From the NCBI RefSeq assembly GCF_009834535.1, contig NC_045717.1, positions 16,864,001 to 16,928,000 of the forward strand: a stretch of DNA of 64,000 nt. The letters are read 5' to 3'. The notes under the pieces were generated by a model. It was given only the letters and a program-made list of their open reading frames with translations. It was not told the DNA's origin and made no database searches. Source of the stretch: Camelus ferus (lineage: Eukaryota). Both the position numbers and the translations under genes were made by a program. Of the stretch, positions 52,357 to 64,000 are shown one piece after another (the first letter of the stretch is position 1; each line of letters begins with the position of its first letter).

Positions 52357-52790
52357 CTGGACAGGGCCGGGTCTGCAGACCTCAAGGGACACAGATGCTC
52401 AGGCCTCCAGTAGGGGGCCCTGGGCAAAGGACCCTGGCTTCCCTCCTCAGACTCCTATTTTTTAAAGACTGTGAAATGTTTGTCTTTTCTGTTTTCTAAA
52501 TGATCATAAAACCAAAAAGAGACTGATTGTCTAGGCTCCAGCCAAGTCTTCCCCAGAACCCTTGGTCAAGATGAGGGGCAGGACTGAGGGTCCAATCCCA
52601 GGACAGCCTTGTCCCTCAGTGCCCCAGGCATGAACTCATGGTGGGGTTGGCTTCTCTGGTGTGATGGACAAAGTCCTGGCGTCTGGACTGGAGGGGCAGC
52701 CGCAGCCGGGCAGGGGTAGCGAGTGCCAGGCATATCCTCTGGACACGTAATCCACGTTGGACACTACATGATGAATGAATCAAGGCCAAT

Positions 52791-52796
52791 AATAAA
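52791..52796 (+). terminator. NR2F6 poly(A) signal
   Basis: AATAAA about 435 nt after the stop codon. Confidence 0.8.
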
Positions 52797-53229
52797 GAAG
52801 TTTCCTACCTGCACAGCTGCAATCATCTTTGTGAGGGGAGGGTGGGATGGAGGGTCCCCTACCCACTCCCAGCCATCTGAAACACCCATAACCTAATAAT
52901 AGCCCTACTTGCTATTTCTGTTGGACAGTTCTGTGGGGAAACTGAGGCTGGGAGCAGGAGGAGATGGGAGGAGGCTGAGGGGGTACAGAGGATAGCTGGT
53001 GAGTCTGCAGGAGGTGAGCCCAGCAGATGGACAAGCCCTGGACCAAACACTTTATTGTTTTCTTTAATTAGCTCTTAATCATGATGTCTGAGCCCCAGTG
53101 TCCTCAGGAGAAAGATCTGGGGCTAGTTCACATGATCTCAGCCTAGGCAGAGCCCTCCATTCCCCTGGCCACAGAGATTGCTTTAGGGAGGGCACATGGC
53201 CCAGAGCTGATCAATGAGAGTCAATGACA

Positions 53230-53420
53230 GGATTTGGCACTAGAAGGGTATAAAGCAAAGCAGAGCCAAAAGAAGATCAAATTTCCTAGGATGCTTTTGG
53301 AGCCCCTGGATCAAGCCATACCTGAAACCCTTGAGTGTTTCAGTTCCATGAGCCCAGAATTCCCCTTCTGTGCCTGAACCAGTTTGAGTTTGGTTTCTTC
53401 TCACATGTAACTTAAAAACA
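53230..53420 (+). mobile_element. ERVL-type LTR 3' fragment (LTR33/LTR16-like)
   Basis: 'gagcccctggatcaagccatacctgaa...ccagtttgagtttggtttcttctcacatgtaac', followed by (AAAC)n. Confidence 0.55.
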
Positions 53421-55349
53421 AAACAAAAAACAAACAAACAAAAAAACTCCTGTTTTGGAGATTGGCATTTGGAAGGTGGGGACCTCTCAGGGCAGACTTT
53501 GAAATGTGGACTTAATTGAGTTGATGTAGGGTAGGGTGATGCAGGGTACCAGGGAGTTTGCCATCCTGGCCTCAGAAGTTTGTGGCCCAGCTCAGTGGTG
53601 GAAAAGGCACCTATGGAATTTAGTGCCAGGACTGTGGCTCTAGAGGGTGGGTAGAAAGGGCCCAGATGATTGTGGTGGGTGGCACCTAAGCCCTGACTAA
53701 GATCTTATCAGGCAGAAACAAGCCCTTTATCAAAGATGCCCTTTGAAAACAATGAGGGAAGAACTCAGGTCTCATGCTGCAGATTGGGCCAGTGTTCAGC
53801 CCTAAGGCAGTCCCAATCCTCCAAAATGCTCCCCATTAGCACCCCAGTCTCCCCCATGTTCTGTCTCAGAGGTCTGGAAAGATGGGGAGGAATGAATGAG
53901 GATCTCTTATGTATGCCCTGTCCCCGAGAGGGAATTGGGATGGGAATGGGATGGAGAGGCTACCGGGCTTTCCCACTGGCGGCTGGGCTGGTTTCTGCCC
54001 TAGGTTGGCGTTTTCTGAGATGAGATGTCCTGGGCATGTGAATGTACGTCCACCCTAGTTAGGCTGGACAGCAATGCCCCATTTCTCAGATTCATAGGAC
54101 ATCTGAAGACCGAGCAAGACCATGGTGCCTGCCCTGCTTCCAAACGGCCAGTGACTTGGATGCCTGTCCAGGCCTAACTGTTGACTCCCACTTCTCCCAC
54201 AAAACCCTACTCATGGCCTCTCCTGCAGGAAGACACATTGAGCCTCCCTAGTTGTTAAGACTGCTGTCCAGCTTTCCGTTATTGCTCTACCCCACGGGGC
54301 TCTTTTCCCTGAGGACGGGGGTTCCTTGAGAACTGATCCTAGGACTGAGGCCTCTGTGACCACTGGGCTGGCCCAGCCTTCCCTGCCTGCACTCTGCCTG
54401 ACTGTTCCTGTCCCCTGTGGTTTCCCTGGGAGGCCAAGAGGCAAAGAAAGTAGCTGCTGGGCCACAATCACAGGGCCCCAGCGGAAGCCTGGTCTTACCT
54501 GTGCCCCACTAACTCTACCCAGGGCCTGACGGTGAGGGACATCAGAGGACCCTCCCCCAGGACTAGGTGCATGAAACGTACTCACACAGAGCCCGGTGTC
54601 AATCACTGTTCAGCCTGCAGTGCTTGGGGAGAAGTGGAGAATGAAGGGACCCATTATTTATCTGGGTCAATGTTGTGCCTCCTGCAGGACTCCTGGGCTG
54701 CGTCCGCCCCCTTCAGGCGGTTGGCAGCATTGCACCACATGAATTCTCCAGGACACTGCCCCTAGGGTCCTGGGCTGGTCTTGCCTCCATTACCCAAGCT
54801 GTGGAAACCCTTGACCCCTGGGGCTCCCCTGTCTCAAGCCTGGCCAAGAAGGTGATGCTGGGTGTCTGCCCCTGAGCTTCCCACTGGAAGGCCACATAAG
54901 GCTCTTGGAGGAGAGGAAGCCCCCTGGACAGACTAGGGTTCACAGCCTGCTCAGAGGCCCTGGACAAATCCCTCTCTTGGAACCTTCATTTTTTTTAACT
55001 CTGGAAGATGGAAGAACAACTTTTTCGTGATTACAGGTGAAACCAGGAGTTTTAAGCAGCTGTACACAGTAGGTATTTAATAAGTGTTTATTCTGCTGAG
55101 ATGGAAGCAGGACCTGCTTCCAGTGGGTGGGCTGAGATCTTGGGTCCCCATGGGGTCCCAGAAGAGGTTCTGGAAAGCCTTCCTTGAGGAGGGCCATCAG
55201 ATCTGGGCCTCAAAGGCGGAGGCATTTGAAATTAGGGAAGGCTACCCCAGGTAGGGGAGCGGGAAGAGCTAACACCACGAGGTAAGAAGAGGAGTGTGGG
55301 CAGGGTGGGACCCCCACCTCGATGTTTCCCCCTGCCTGTGTCAGGATAC

Positions 55350-57307
55350 TCAGAAGTACACAGAGCTCTCGCTGTCTCCTTGGTCATCGAACTTCTGGAT
55401 CTGTGTCTTGAGGTGCCTTAGTTTGCCCTTCAGGTAGTGGCAGCGAGCCTGCTTATCCAGGAAGCTGGGGTCCTGAGCAGGGCGAGAGTCAGGGAAGTCC
55501 TGTAGCAGTCTGATTTACGGCTCTCAGGCTGCTTGACACTTTGCTTTTTTCTCTCCAAGCCTCAGTTTTCCTTCCTTGAATCTGGGCACAAGCATCCCAG
55601 CCTCATGGGAGTGTGTGTGTGCGCGCACATGTGCGCTCGTAATGTGGTGCAAAGGCCAGGCTGTAGGACTCAGGAGGCATGACTTACCATCTGCTTCTTC
55701 TCAAATTCCCTCCAGACACGGGCGGCAACATGGGCCTCCTTCTGTAGGGGGAAAGGAAGTGGGTGTTCAGGGAGCACAGAACCCAAGGAGGGATGGGAAA
55801 ACTGAAGCTGAGATAGACAAAGTGGATTTCAAGGGCTGACCTTGGCCTATGTGCTGTGGTGCCCGCCCAGCCTGGAGGAGGAAGAGGCCCAGGGATCTGG
55901 ACCCAGTGGGAGGGCTGGGGTTGGGCCACCTGGACAGGCTGTAGGGTGGGGGTTTCCACCTGGGTGCTGACCTGGCTTCGGGGTGGGGGTAGTGAGTTCA
56001 GCAAGGCCTCCAGCTGCTGGAGCTTTGCCTGTGCAGAGCCCACCTCCTGCTGGAGCTCCAAGAACTCCGTGTACTGGTCCTGGAACACTGCAGCATAGCG
56101 GCTCCGATCCTTCTCACTGTTCACTGTTGGGTACTTACTACCGGGTTGAAAGAGGGTCGGAGTATGAGTGTGAAGGATCCCTCTCTCTCCCCCAATCAGT
56201 GTAATTTGGTTTTTTTTTTTTTTTTTTGTCCATGTTGGGCTCCTTGCCCAAAATGCCCCTTTTCTCTTTTTACTATTTGGTAAACTCTTACTCACTTGTC
56301 ACTTGTCAAAGTCCCAGCCTCAGTGCCCCTCCCCTGTTCCCAGGCATCAAGAACCACACGAAAGACACTCACAGTTCATAGTCAGGCACGGTATGGGGAT
56401 GGGGCCTAGGGATATGCCCCCCTGGGTCGGCTCCAATAGACTTCTTGGTACCCAGCAGAGGCAGGGAGGGAAGCTCGTCCTCAAATACAATCTTCTTGGG
56501 CCTTGCCCTGTGCGCTCCGGACTGGGCCTGGCACAGTGGGCGGGGCGCGCTGGACGTGAGGCCTCGAGGCACCAGTCGCTGCAGAAGCCGCAGGAATCAT
56601 GCTTTGGAGTTAACAAGGGTATCGGAAAGGCGGGACCCCTTAAACGGGGGGAATGAATCCTTTGCCCAGGCTTGGCCTGACAGCACTCAGACTCACCGGG
56701 GGACCAGGGTCAGGTGGGCGGGCCTGTAGGTCCCCCCGGGAGCCGCGCGTCTGGCGCGGCTCCCGGGTGGGCATTGGCTTCGGGGCGGCGCCGCTCGGGC
56801 GTCCCCGGGCCGGTGGGCGGGTCCTGCGGGGGGAGTCGTGGCCCGCGCGTGGCGGGGGCGGTCGACGGGCGGCCTATGGACACGGGAGGAGGACGCGCAT
56901 GGAGGCGGGTATAGTGCGAAGACGCAGGGAGGCGAATCGCGGAGCGGCCAGCTCTCCACCCGCGGGAGGGTTTTCCAGCTCCGCCCTTATTTGCCTAGAC
57001 GTACGCCATTGGCCTTCAAAGAACCCCAGACCCCGCCGCCGAGTGCGTAACCCGGAAGAGCGCTATGCAAATAACCCGTTACGTCACCGCGCAGTCCAGG
57101 ATTGGCTCATGTTAACCCCCGCGCTGCCACAACCTGTCCCGCAGGGGTGTGTGGCTCTGAAGGACACTGCCCCCGAGAAGACCCCCAGGATCTCCGGCCT
57201 GGCAGCGGGCCGCACGAACCACTCCAGCCCGGCGTCACCTGTCCCAGCTTCCGGGGCTCCGATTCTGGGTCCGCTCCCGAAAAGGCGCTTGAGCCCGTGT
57301 TGTGCAT
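55350..57307 (-). CDS. OCEL1: Occludin/ELL domain-containing protein 1 (264 aa)
   Basis: Exons 57307-57239, 56873-56697, 56578-56373, 56137-55972, 55741-55688, 55472-55350 (795 nt, in frame). Occludin/ELL domain VPDYELKYP...RSRYAAVFQDQYTEF...RCHYLKGKLRHLKTQIQKFD. Confidence 0.96.
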
Positions 57308-57329
57308 TAACTACAGGCTGGAATCTACT

Positions 57330-57430
57330 GGCTGGGTCGCTCCGCAGGGCGCCGGCAGGGCCTGGCGGTATGGGGCGGGGTTGACGGTGAGGGGGCGGGG
57401 CCTGGCGAACCGGAAGTGGACCCACACCCT
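57330..57430 (-). promoter_or_regulatory. OCEL1 promoter
   Basis: GC boxes GGGGCGGGG and ETS CCGGAAGT near 57411, just upstream of the ATG. Confidence 0.65.
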
Positions 57431-57639
57431 TGAAGCGCAGAGTCCAGCAGGGACCGCTGCCTGGTCTGTATTTGGGGCCGCTGACTTACCCTCTCTGACC
57501 CTCAGTTTGTCTGAAAAACTAGTGGTTTTGGAGAACTTGCATGTATCCATTTTCTCGTCGGTTATATTTTTGAAATATTTCTTTAATCACTGGAGGCATG
57601 TTTAGAGAATCCAAATAGAAAAGAGTTTTAGGGCAAAGT

Positions 57640-58620
57640 GAATTTCTCACTCAGCCTTGTCCCCAAGAGACAGCTTAATTGTGTCTCCTTCCGGAGATAT
57701 TCTACTTCAGTGACAGTTTCCTCACTACAGACAATACTAGAGAAAGAACATTCAAGTGCGCATTGGCCAATTGTGGAGGATTATGGTAGGATAAATCCCT
57801 ATAAGTGTAATTGCCCAGAATTGCCCGGGCAAAGGGATCTGTGTATTTTAATTTGGAAAAGATTCTGCCAGGCTGTCCTTCAGTGAGGTTGTGCCACTGA
57901 TGCTCTAATTAGCTGGTTTCCCCACAACCTTTGCAACCTCAATGTATCGTTTCTTGAAAATGTATTTTCAAAGTTTTAAATCTTGCCTAATCTGGTAAGT
58001 GAAAAAATTCAGAAACCATTTGTATTTCTTTTCCTGTTTATTTCCTGCAAATATTCTTTTTTCTTGTTGATTTTTAGGAGCTTTCCATATATCAAGGATG
58101 TTAGTTTAACCAGGCAGTTATGTTTTCTGTTACTGTCATAAATGGGATCTTCTAATATATTTTGCAGCTTTTTGTTTTTGGCACATAGGAAACTAATATT
58201 CATTAAGTCCCTTGCTGGTTTACTAAATTCTCTAATTGAAATAGCTTTTTAGTTACATTCCTTGGGTCTTTTATACAGACAGTTGTATCGTCTAAAAGTA
58301 ATTTTACCTTTTTTCTCACCTTTCAGTCTCATTTCTTTTTCTTGTCTAGTTGTGTTGACTAGCACCTCCGGACAATATTAAGTTATTGGAGGAGGTGGGT
58401 GTACTATGGGCATCCACCCCACCTCACTTTCTTCACTTTGATGGTAGAGCTTCCATTATTTGCCTATTAAACTCAATATTGCCTTTGGCTTGGGATTTTT
58501 TTCAGTTAAGTGAGGAAAATATCCATCAATTACTTATTTCTAATTAAGAGGCTATGAGTAACTGATGCTGTGAACAGTACAAGGTACCGTTTAACCCTAT
58601 GATTTTGTTTCCTGCTGCAT
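57640..58620 (-). mobile_element. Old L1 (L1M-type) fragments
   Basis: T-rich 'ttgttgatttttaggagctttccatatatcaaggatg', 'tcgtctaaaagtaattttacc'. Boundaries approximate. Confidence 0.65.
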
Positions 58621-59488
58621 TAATGTGGCTATTAAAAGGCTTCCTAATACTCAGCCATCCCTGAGTCACAAGCATGATGAGCCTCCTTATGATCTATATT
58701 TAAAAAGTTGCCACTAGATTTTCAAAAGGTTTTAAAAGCTGCCACTGGAGTTTTAAAAAGCTCTTCCTGGTGTTTCACACCCATACTGATGGGGGGGGGG
58801 TGCAGTCCACGTGGGCAACTCTATGCATGTCCCACAGTTCTGGGAGTGGGGGCAAGCAGAACTCAGGACCTACAATCCCCTTGGACTCCTACTCCATGAT
58901 CACTTCCAGGGTCCCAACTCCAATGCCAACCCAGTTCTTACCTGAAATGATCAGACTATGATGTGGGCAGGGAAGGGTCTCCATGATTCTCATGTGTTTG
59001 CTGAATGACTGTATGAAGCATCTACAATGTCCTGAGGTCTTAGGCTGTGGTGGTGGCTAGGCTAAATCCTGTCCCTGAATTATCACCTTCAGTCTCAAGA
59101 AAGGCCCACCAATGACACCCTTCCTCCAGGCTGACCTCCAGGCCTGGCCCTCCTCCTCCTCCACCCTCCAGGCCTTACCCTGGCTCCACAGTAATGTGTT
59201 TGGCTGTGACTGTATCACTTTAGGAGCTCCTACGGCCTCTAGGAGCCCTGCCTTGTCCAGTGTGGGGTGGGTATCGGGGGAATGGGAGACAGGTTTGCTG
59301 ACTTACTGCCCCTACCCCTGCCCACTCTCTGCCTCCTCAGGCTGACCTCCTTCCTCCCTTGCTCATGTACTCTCTGTGGCTCTCCAGGGGCTCCAAGGGC
59401 CTTTCCATCTTGTTGCCCACTCCAAAGGGTACCCCCAGACAGGGTGGAGGGCAGAGAGGGGACAGGTGAGATGGATCAGGCCAGGTCT

Positions 59489-62324
59489 TTATTTGAGTTT
59501 GGGCATGATACGGATGAAGAGGATCATGCTGATGAATATGAAGCAGACAATAATAAGCATGGCCCAGAGCAGCCAGTTGACTGACTTCTGTGTATGTTGC
59601 TCCAACCTCTCAGATTCTGTCTTCAGCTTCTCCAGGTTCTGGTCAGCCATCTTGAGTGAGTGTGACAGGGTCTATGGGTGAGGTGGGGAGAGTGTCAATA
59701 GGACCAGGTCCAAGTGTGGCTTCTCCCTACTGCCCTGGGGGCAAATCTACACCTCTTGGCCCTTGCTGGGAATGCCATTTTTGCCTTCTACCAGACTCCT
59801 ACTCATCTTGCTAAGCGCCAGCCATAATGCCCTTCTGCTGGGAAGCCTTCTCTGATGCCCCAGGGCAGAGGCTTTAGTGTTCCCATAGTCCTCATACCTG
59901 GTTGTCCTTCTTGATGACACTCTGGGCAGCCAGTGTGTTGGTCTTGAGGCTCCGGGCCAGGCCTAGCATCTCCTCCGCCAGCTTCTCCTGGAGGTTCTGG
60001 TGTCGCTGCAGGACGAGGTCTAGCTCGGCTGCTGACTGCTTCTCATCCCCTGGCCTGGGCCCTGCCACCCCACTGACCCCACAGATGGGTGGACAGCGGG
60101 GTATGAGATGGGGAGGAGGAAGGAAGAGACTGACATGTTCTCCAGGAAACCAGAGGTTATGGTTCCAGCCACTGCCCTGTTTGGGGCTATTTCCCCTTTT
60201 TTGCTTTGGCTTCTGGGAAGCACATCCTCAGAAATGGCTTTTGATTGGTGGTTTAGATGCTTGTGGTGGCACCTCAGTGGCCCAAGATTTGTCTAGCCCC
60301 CTGCTCTCTAATGCTGCCCCAGCCTGAAGATACTCACGTTCTCTTCCTCACGTCCAGTTCAGGCTCTGGAAGCAAAACAGGCCAAGCAGGAAGAAGGAGA
60401 GAGTTGCGTTTGCTGTTTTCCAGCTTCCTGACTATTGCCTGTGATGTGTCTGTTACTCAGAATGCCGTTTCCCATCTTGTCTGCTGCCCGGTGGGCTCCT
60501 GATCATACTTCAAAGCATTCTTTTCTAGGAAATGTTCCTCATCTGGGCACCCCTAGGCCCCAGGTCCTTCCCTCTAGCCAGACTTGGCCCCTTGGGCTGG
60601 GAGTGTCCAGCTTGGTTTCCTCTGGGGGAACCCTCCTCTGTCCTGGCACAACCCCCCACCCCCGCCCAGGCCTAACTCGGTAATGCCCCTGGGACACTCT
60701 TCCTTGGGCTGTGGAAGACCCTGGGGGAGTTAGGTTAGGCATGAGGGAGGTGGGGCTAAAAGGACACATGTCTGTACCAGGCCTGGAGTCCTGTTTGGCT
60801 CAGGCTGACTCACCTCCAGTAGAGTCCTGTGGGAAAAAAGGGAGAAGCACGAAGTCACCTACCTTGCCATGCCCCCAGACCTGTCCTTTCTGCTCTCAGA
60901 AACTCCCCATCCTCAGTCAGGGCCCTGGGCAAGTCTCGTGATCTCTGGGACTCAGTTTCCTAATCTATAAACTGCTAACAACAGCTCACATTTTGAAGGA
61001 TTTAGCTGAGCCACATAAAGTGCTGATAAAGGTATTTGTCATCCTGTTTTTACCGATGAAAATCTACATGTGACAAGGCAGGAGCCAAACTTTGCTCTAG
61101 GTCAGCTCTGGAGCTTAACTGGAGATGTGACATTTTTGTCCCATACCAAGCTCTTATTTATCTAGCAAAGCCTTGGCCACAAGTCCTCTCTGTTGGGAAG
61201 CCTTGTAAGATGGTCCAGGGAAGAGACTGTTGGGCCCCATAGGATCCCTGCACCTGACAGAATTTGTTGTTCTAACTACCCCAGGCTCTGAGTGCCTGTC
61301 CCTGATCGAAGCATCCCAGGGACCAGGGAGGGAGCCCTACCGTGCCTAGCAGCTCACTCCGCATCTCACTGGTGTACCGTGCCCGTGACTGTAGATGCAA
61401 TGTCTTTGTGGCAGGCACCCGTTCCTTGGCTGTGGTTGGCACACGGCCAGGGGCCAGGAACTGGTTGGCTAGTGCCTTCTCTGAGGAGGAGGTCTGCAAA
61501 AGAGGGTAGAGGGGTCACCTGAGGGTCAGATCCCAGGTGAGCCTGATGAAGGCTGAGGAGGCAGAGGTGCCCCTGCTTACCAGCTTCTCTGCCTGCAACA
61601 TCCCCTTCAGAAAATCTACCTTGCGAGAATATTCATTGATCACCTCTGAGGCCGGTTTGCTGGAAGGGGAGAAGAGGAAAAGGAAAACCTGCCCACTGTC
61701 CCCAGTTCAGGGAAGGGTCTTAGCAGGGAACGGAGACCAGGGATCCCCCAAGGGATGCTGGCTGCCTGGACTCTACTTCTCTGCCCCAGATTTGAACCAC
61801 CTGTGGCCGCTGGCACTCACCTCGCCTGGGCTTTCAGGGCCTGCAACATATCCTCGAGGGCTCCCACGTACTGGGGATGAAAAGTGGGGTGTTACCCTAG
61901 TCCACACCCTTCCCACGCCGGTCCCACTCAGATAGGTCAGAGCCAACAAGGGGCGGGGCCATGACTAGGACAGGGCTGCAAATGGGAGGAGTCAAGTGTC
62001 AAGGAGGCGGGACCAGCTGAGCCCCAAGGAGGAGGCGGGGGAGCGTCAGGTGGACGTGGTTGAGCTAACCGGAAGGGGCGTGGCCACGGTGGTAAGCCGT
62101 GGGGAATAGGGCCTGATGGCGGCTAGATTCGGGCATCGCCGTCCGGGATGCCGGCTCTACGCGGAAGGGCGGGCTTTCCTCACCTTTTCCAGACGCCACT
62201 CGTCCGGGTCCCGCCTCTCCGCTGCCATCGCCTCGCACCGGCACAGCAGCCGCACCAGGTTCAGCTCCAACCGCGACGCTGCCATCACCACCCAGAGGTA
62301 CTCCGCCCCTTCCGCCGGCGCCAT
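59489..62324 (-). CDS. USE1: Vesicle transport protein USE1 (ER SNARE p31); 260 aa, or 273 aa from the upstream ATG
   Basis: Exons 62285 (or 62324)-62184, 61870-61821, 61659-61581, 61493-61341, 60826-60814, 60365-60338, 60072-59898, 59671-59489, all in frame. [14 protein letters not shown]..., SNARE coiled coil, C-terminal TM segment [28 protein letters not shown]. Confidence 0.97.
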
Positions 62325-62520
62325 CTTAAGAGGTGGCGGAAGTGCCTTCTGTTGGCCTCCTTCCGGGCGGAAGTGCACTGCTCGTTTGCTGTTCCATCCT
62401 TGTTTGGGGCGGCGGAAGTAATGTCTTGTTTTAAAGAGAGGCGCCATTCCGTCCTTATTTACTCAGGGCTGAGTCGCTCGCTCATCCTCACGAACATCTT
62501 CCGGATTGAAAGGACCGAGT
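62300..62520 (-). promoter_or_regulatory. USE1 CpG promoter
   Basis: Repeated ETS cores (GCGGAAGT near 62336, 62367 and 62413; TTCCGG) and a YY1-like AAGATGGCG. Confidence 0.7.
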
Positions 62521-63679
62521 CCTTCGGTGTCAGGCCCACGTGCAACGCAGGACATGCTTGTTACTTTCCCCCTGCTCAAAATTCTCCCCGGTCCAGCCTG
62601 GGTTCTTCCCACACCGAACTCTTACGTATCCAGGCACTCTTCCCTGGATTCTCCCGGAGGAGAGGCCCTGATTTGGGACTTCGGAATCTAAGACTTAGAA
62701 GCCACTGCAAACTTCTGCAACTATGATTTCCGCTCCCAGCCTTGACTGACTCCACCTCCCACTGTGGACTTAGGCGAGTTTAACATTTTCTGGGTCTGTT
62801 TCCTCCCTTGGGAAACAGGCAGTGTGGCAGTGACACGGGCTAGCCCTGGGAGCAAGAGGTGGGGCCGGGTCACCCCTAATGCCCAGGACCCTGTGGACAG
62901 AACCCCACGTGGGTCCCCAGGAAGCCAAGGCCCCTTGTACGAGCCCCCCGTCCTGGAGTGGACAGGGTGAGGACGGGGATTTCACAGAGACTGAAGTCTA
63001 GCATGCAGCCCTCAACCATCTTCCCATCTGTGTGTCAGGATCACACTGGTGGGCCTGGTACCCGTAAAGTACCACGGAGGAGACTAAACTCAAGAGTATT
63101 GATAAAGGGGGACTCTAGAGGCCAAGATAGGGCAGGGTCTGAATCCCAGCCCTGCCCCATCCCAGCTGTGTGGCCTTGGACAAGCCTGCCAACTCCTCAG
63201 CATGTGCCATCTAAACTCAGGTTTTTTTGGAGTCTCCAACTCTCCTGCCCCCAAGGGCTCCACCTGCCAGCCAGTTGCCACAACTGCCCATCTGACTGCA
63301 ACCTGCGAGCTCCTCTGCTGGGGGTGGTGGTAGTAGTGGTTCTGATTCTAGTATGTCCACCAGGAACTGACTACCCACCCCTCTTCCCCGCAGATGGCTT
63401 CATCAGCTGACATTTAAGCCCCTGCTGGGGAGAGGCTAGGTGTGACAGGAGGCAGCTCCCAGGATCAATAAACAAGCCCTTATAGCAAAGCCCACCTCCC
63501 TTGTGTGAAGAGTATGTGTGAAATTCCAACAGCAAAGTCTGCTGGAGGAACAAGGGAGGTCCTCCTAGGCAAGGAACCCAATCCCCTGCCTGCACCCCGC
63601 TTGGCTGAGGCCATGATGGGGCTGACCCCCACCCGCTATTCCCACCCAGAGCCGATCTGAGTAGGAACTGCAGGCAGAC

Positions 63680-64000
63680 ACCTCTCAGGCACTTTTTCTT
63701 TATTTCATGTGGCCTCTGGGTGCCTCTGGTCCCAGACCTGTGGCCATGTGTTCAGGTGTCTGGAGAGTGGGCTGAGCCTCAGAGGGGAGCCCCACTCCAG
63801 AGATGCCAGAGGCCTAGGCTGTCACTGTTGACTTGTAGGGACGTACAACCCCAGGCCTTGCCCTCCCCACCCATGAGTGGTCCTGAACTTCGGGCTCCTG
63901 TTCTGCCACACTGGGCGGACAGTGCCAAGGGCGGCCTCCTCTGGCTTCCTGGGTCCAGGTCACAGTAGACAGAGAAGTGATGGCCACATTCGATTCGAGT
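63680..64000 (-). other. MYO9B: Probable distal 3' UTR and poly(A) signal of MYO9B
   Basis: AATAAA on the - strand at 63704-63699. Synteny places the MYO9B 3' end just upstream of USE1. No coding sequence is visible, so identity is inferred from synteny only. Confidence 0.45.

Noticed and set aside
58385-58430. Imperfect inverted repeat GAGGTGGG...CCCCACCTC as a possible miRNA hairpin
   Set aside because: Short, bulged stem inside a decayed L1 region; too weak to support a call.

Overview
Mammalian genomic DNA, GC-rich and gene-dense, with six N-gaps typical of a short-read scaffold. Gene order matches human 19p13.11 read in reverse: DDA1(-, partial), MRPL34(-), ABHD8(+), ANKLE1(-), BABAM1(-), USHBP1(+), NR2F6(+), OCEL1(-), USE1(-) and probably the MYO9B 3' UTR(-). 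Two tRNA-Ala-derived SINEs suggest a camelid (inference). I rebuilt each gene exon by exon from splice sites and codon phase. All are intact except ANKLE1, which carries a +1 insertion in exon 8 inside the GIY-YIG nuclease domain, and NR2F6, whose exon 2 is not visible and probably lies in the 47111-47242 gap. Other notable items: a 75-bp diverged copy of USHBP1 exon 5 inserted into a neighbouring intronic L1; a U12-type intron ahead of a 25-nt BABAM1 microexon; a uORF-rich ABHD8 leader with a GCCACC-ATG-TAA start-stop; a cluster of AAGGTCA nuclear-receptor sites upstream of NR2F6; and USE1 microexons, an upstream in-frame ATG and a poly(A) signal overlapping its stop codon. There is no prokaryotic system or CRISPR array. 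Most ORFs in the supplied track are spurious, and many start at GTG or TTG. Gene identities and comparisons with human or rodent proteins come from memory, not from a database search.
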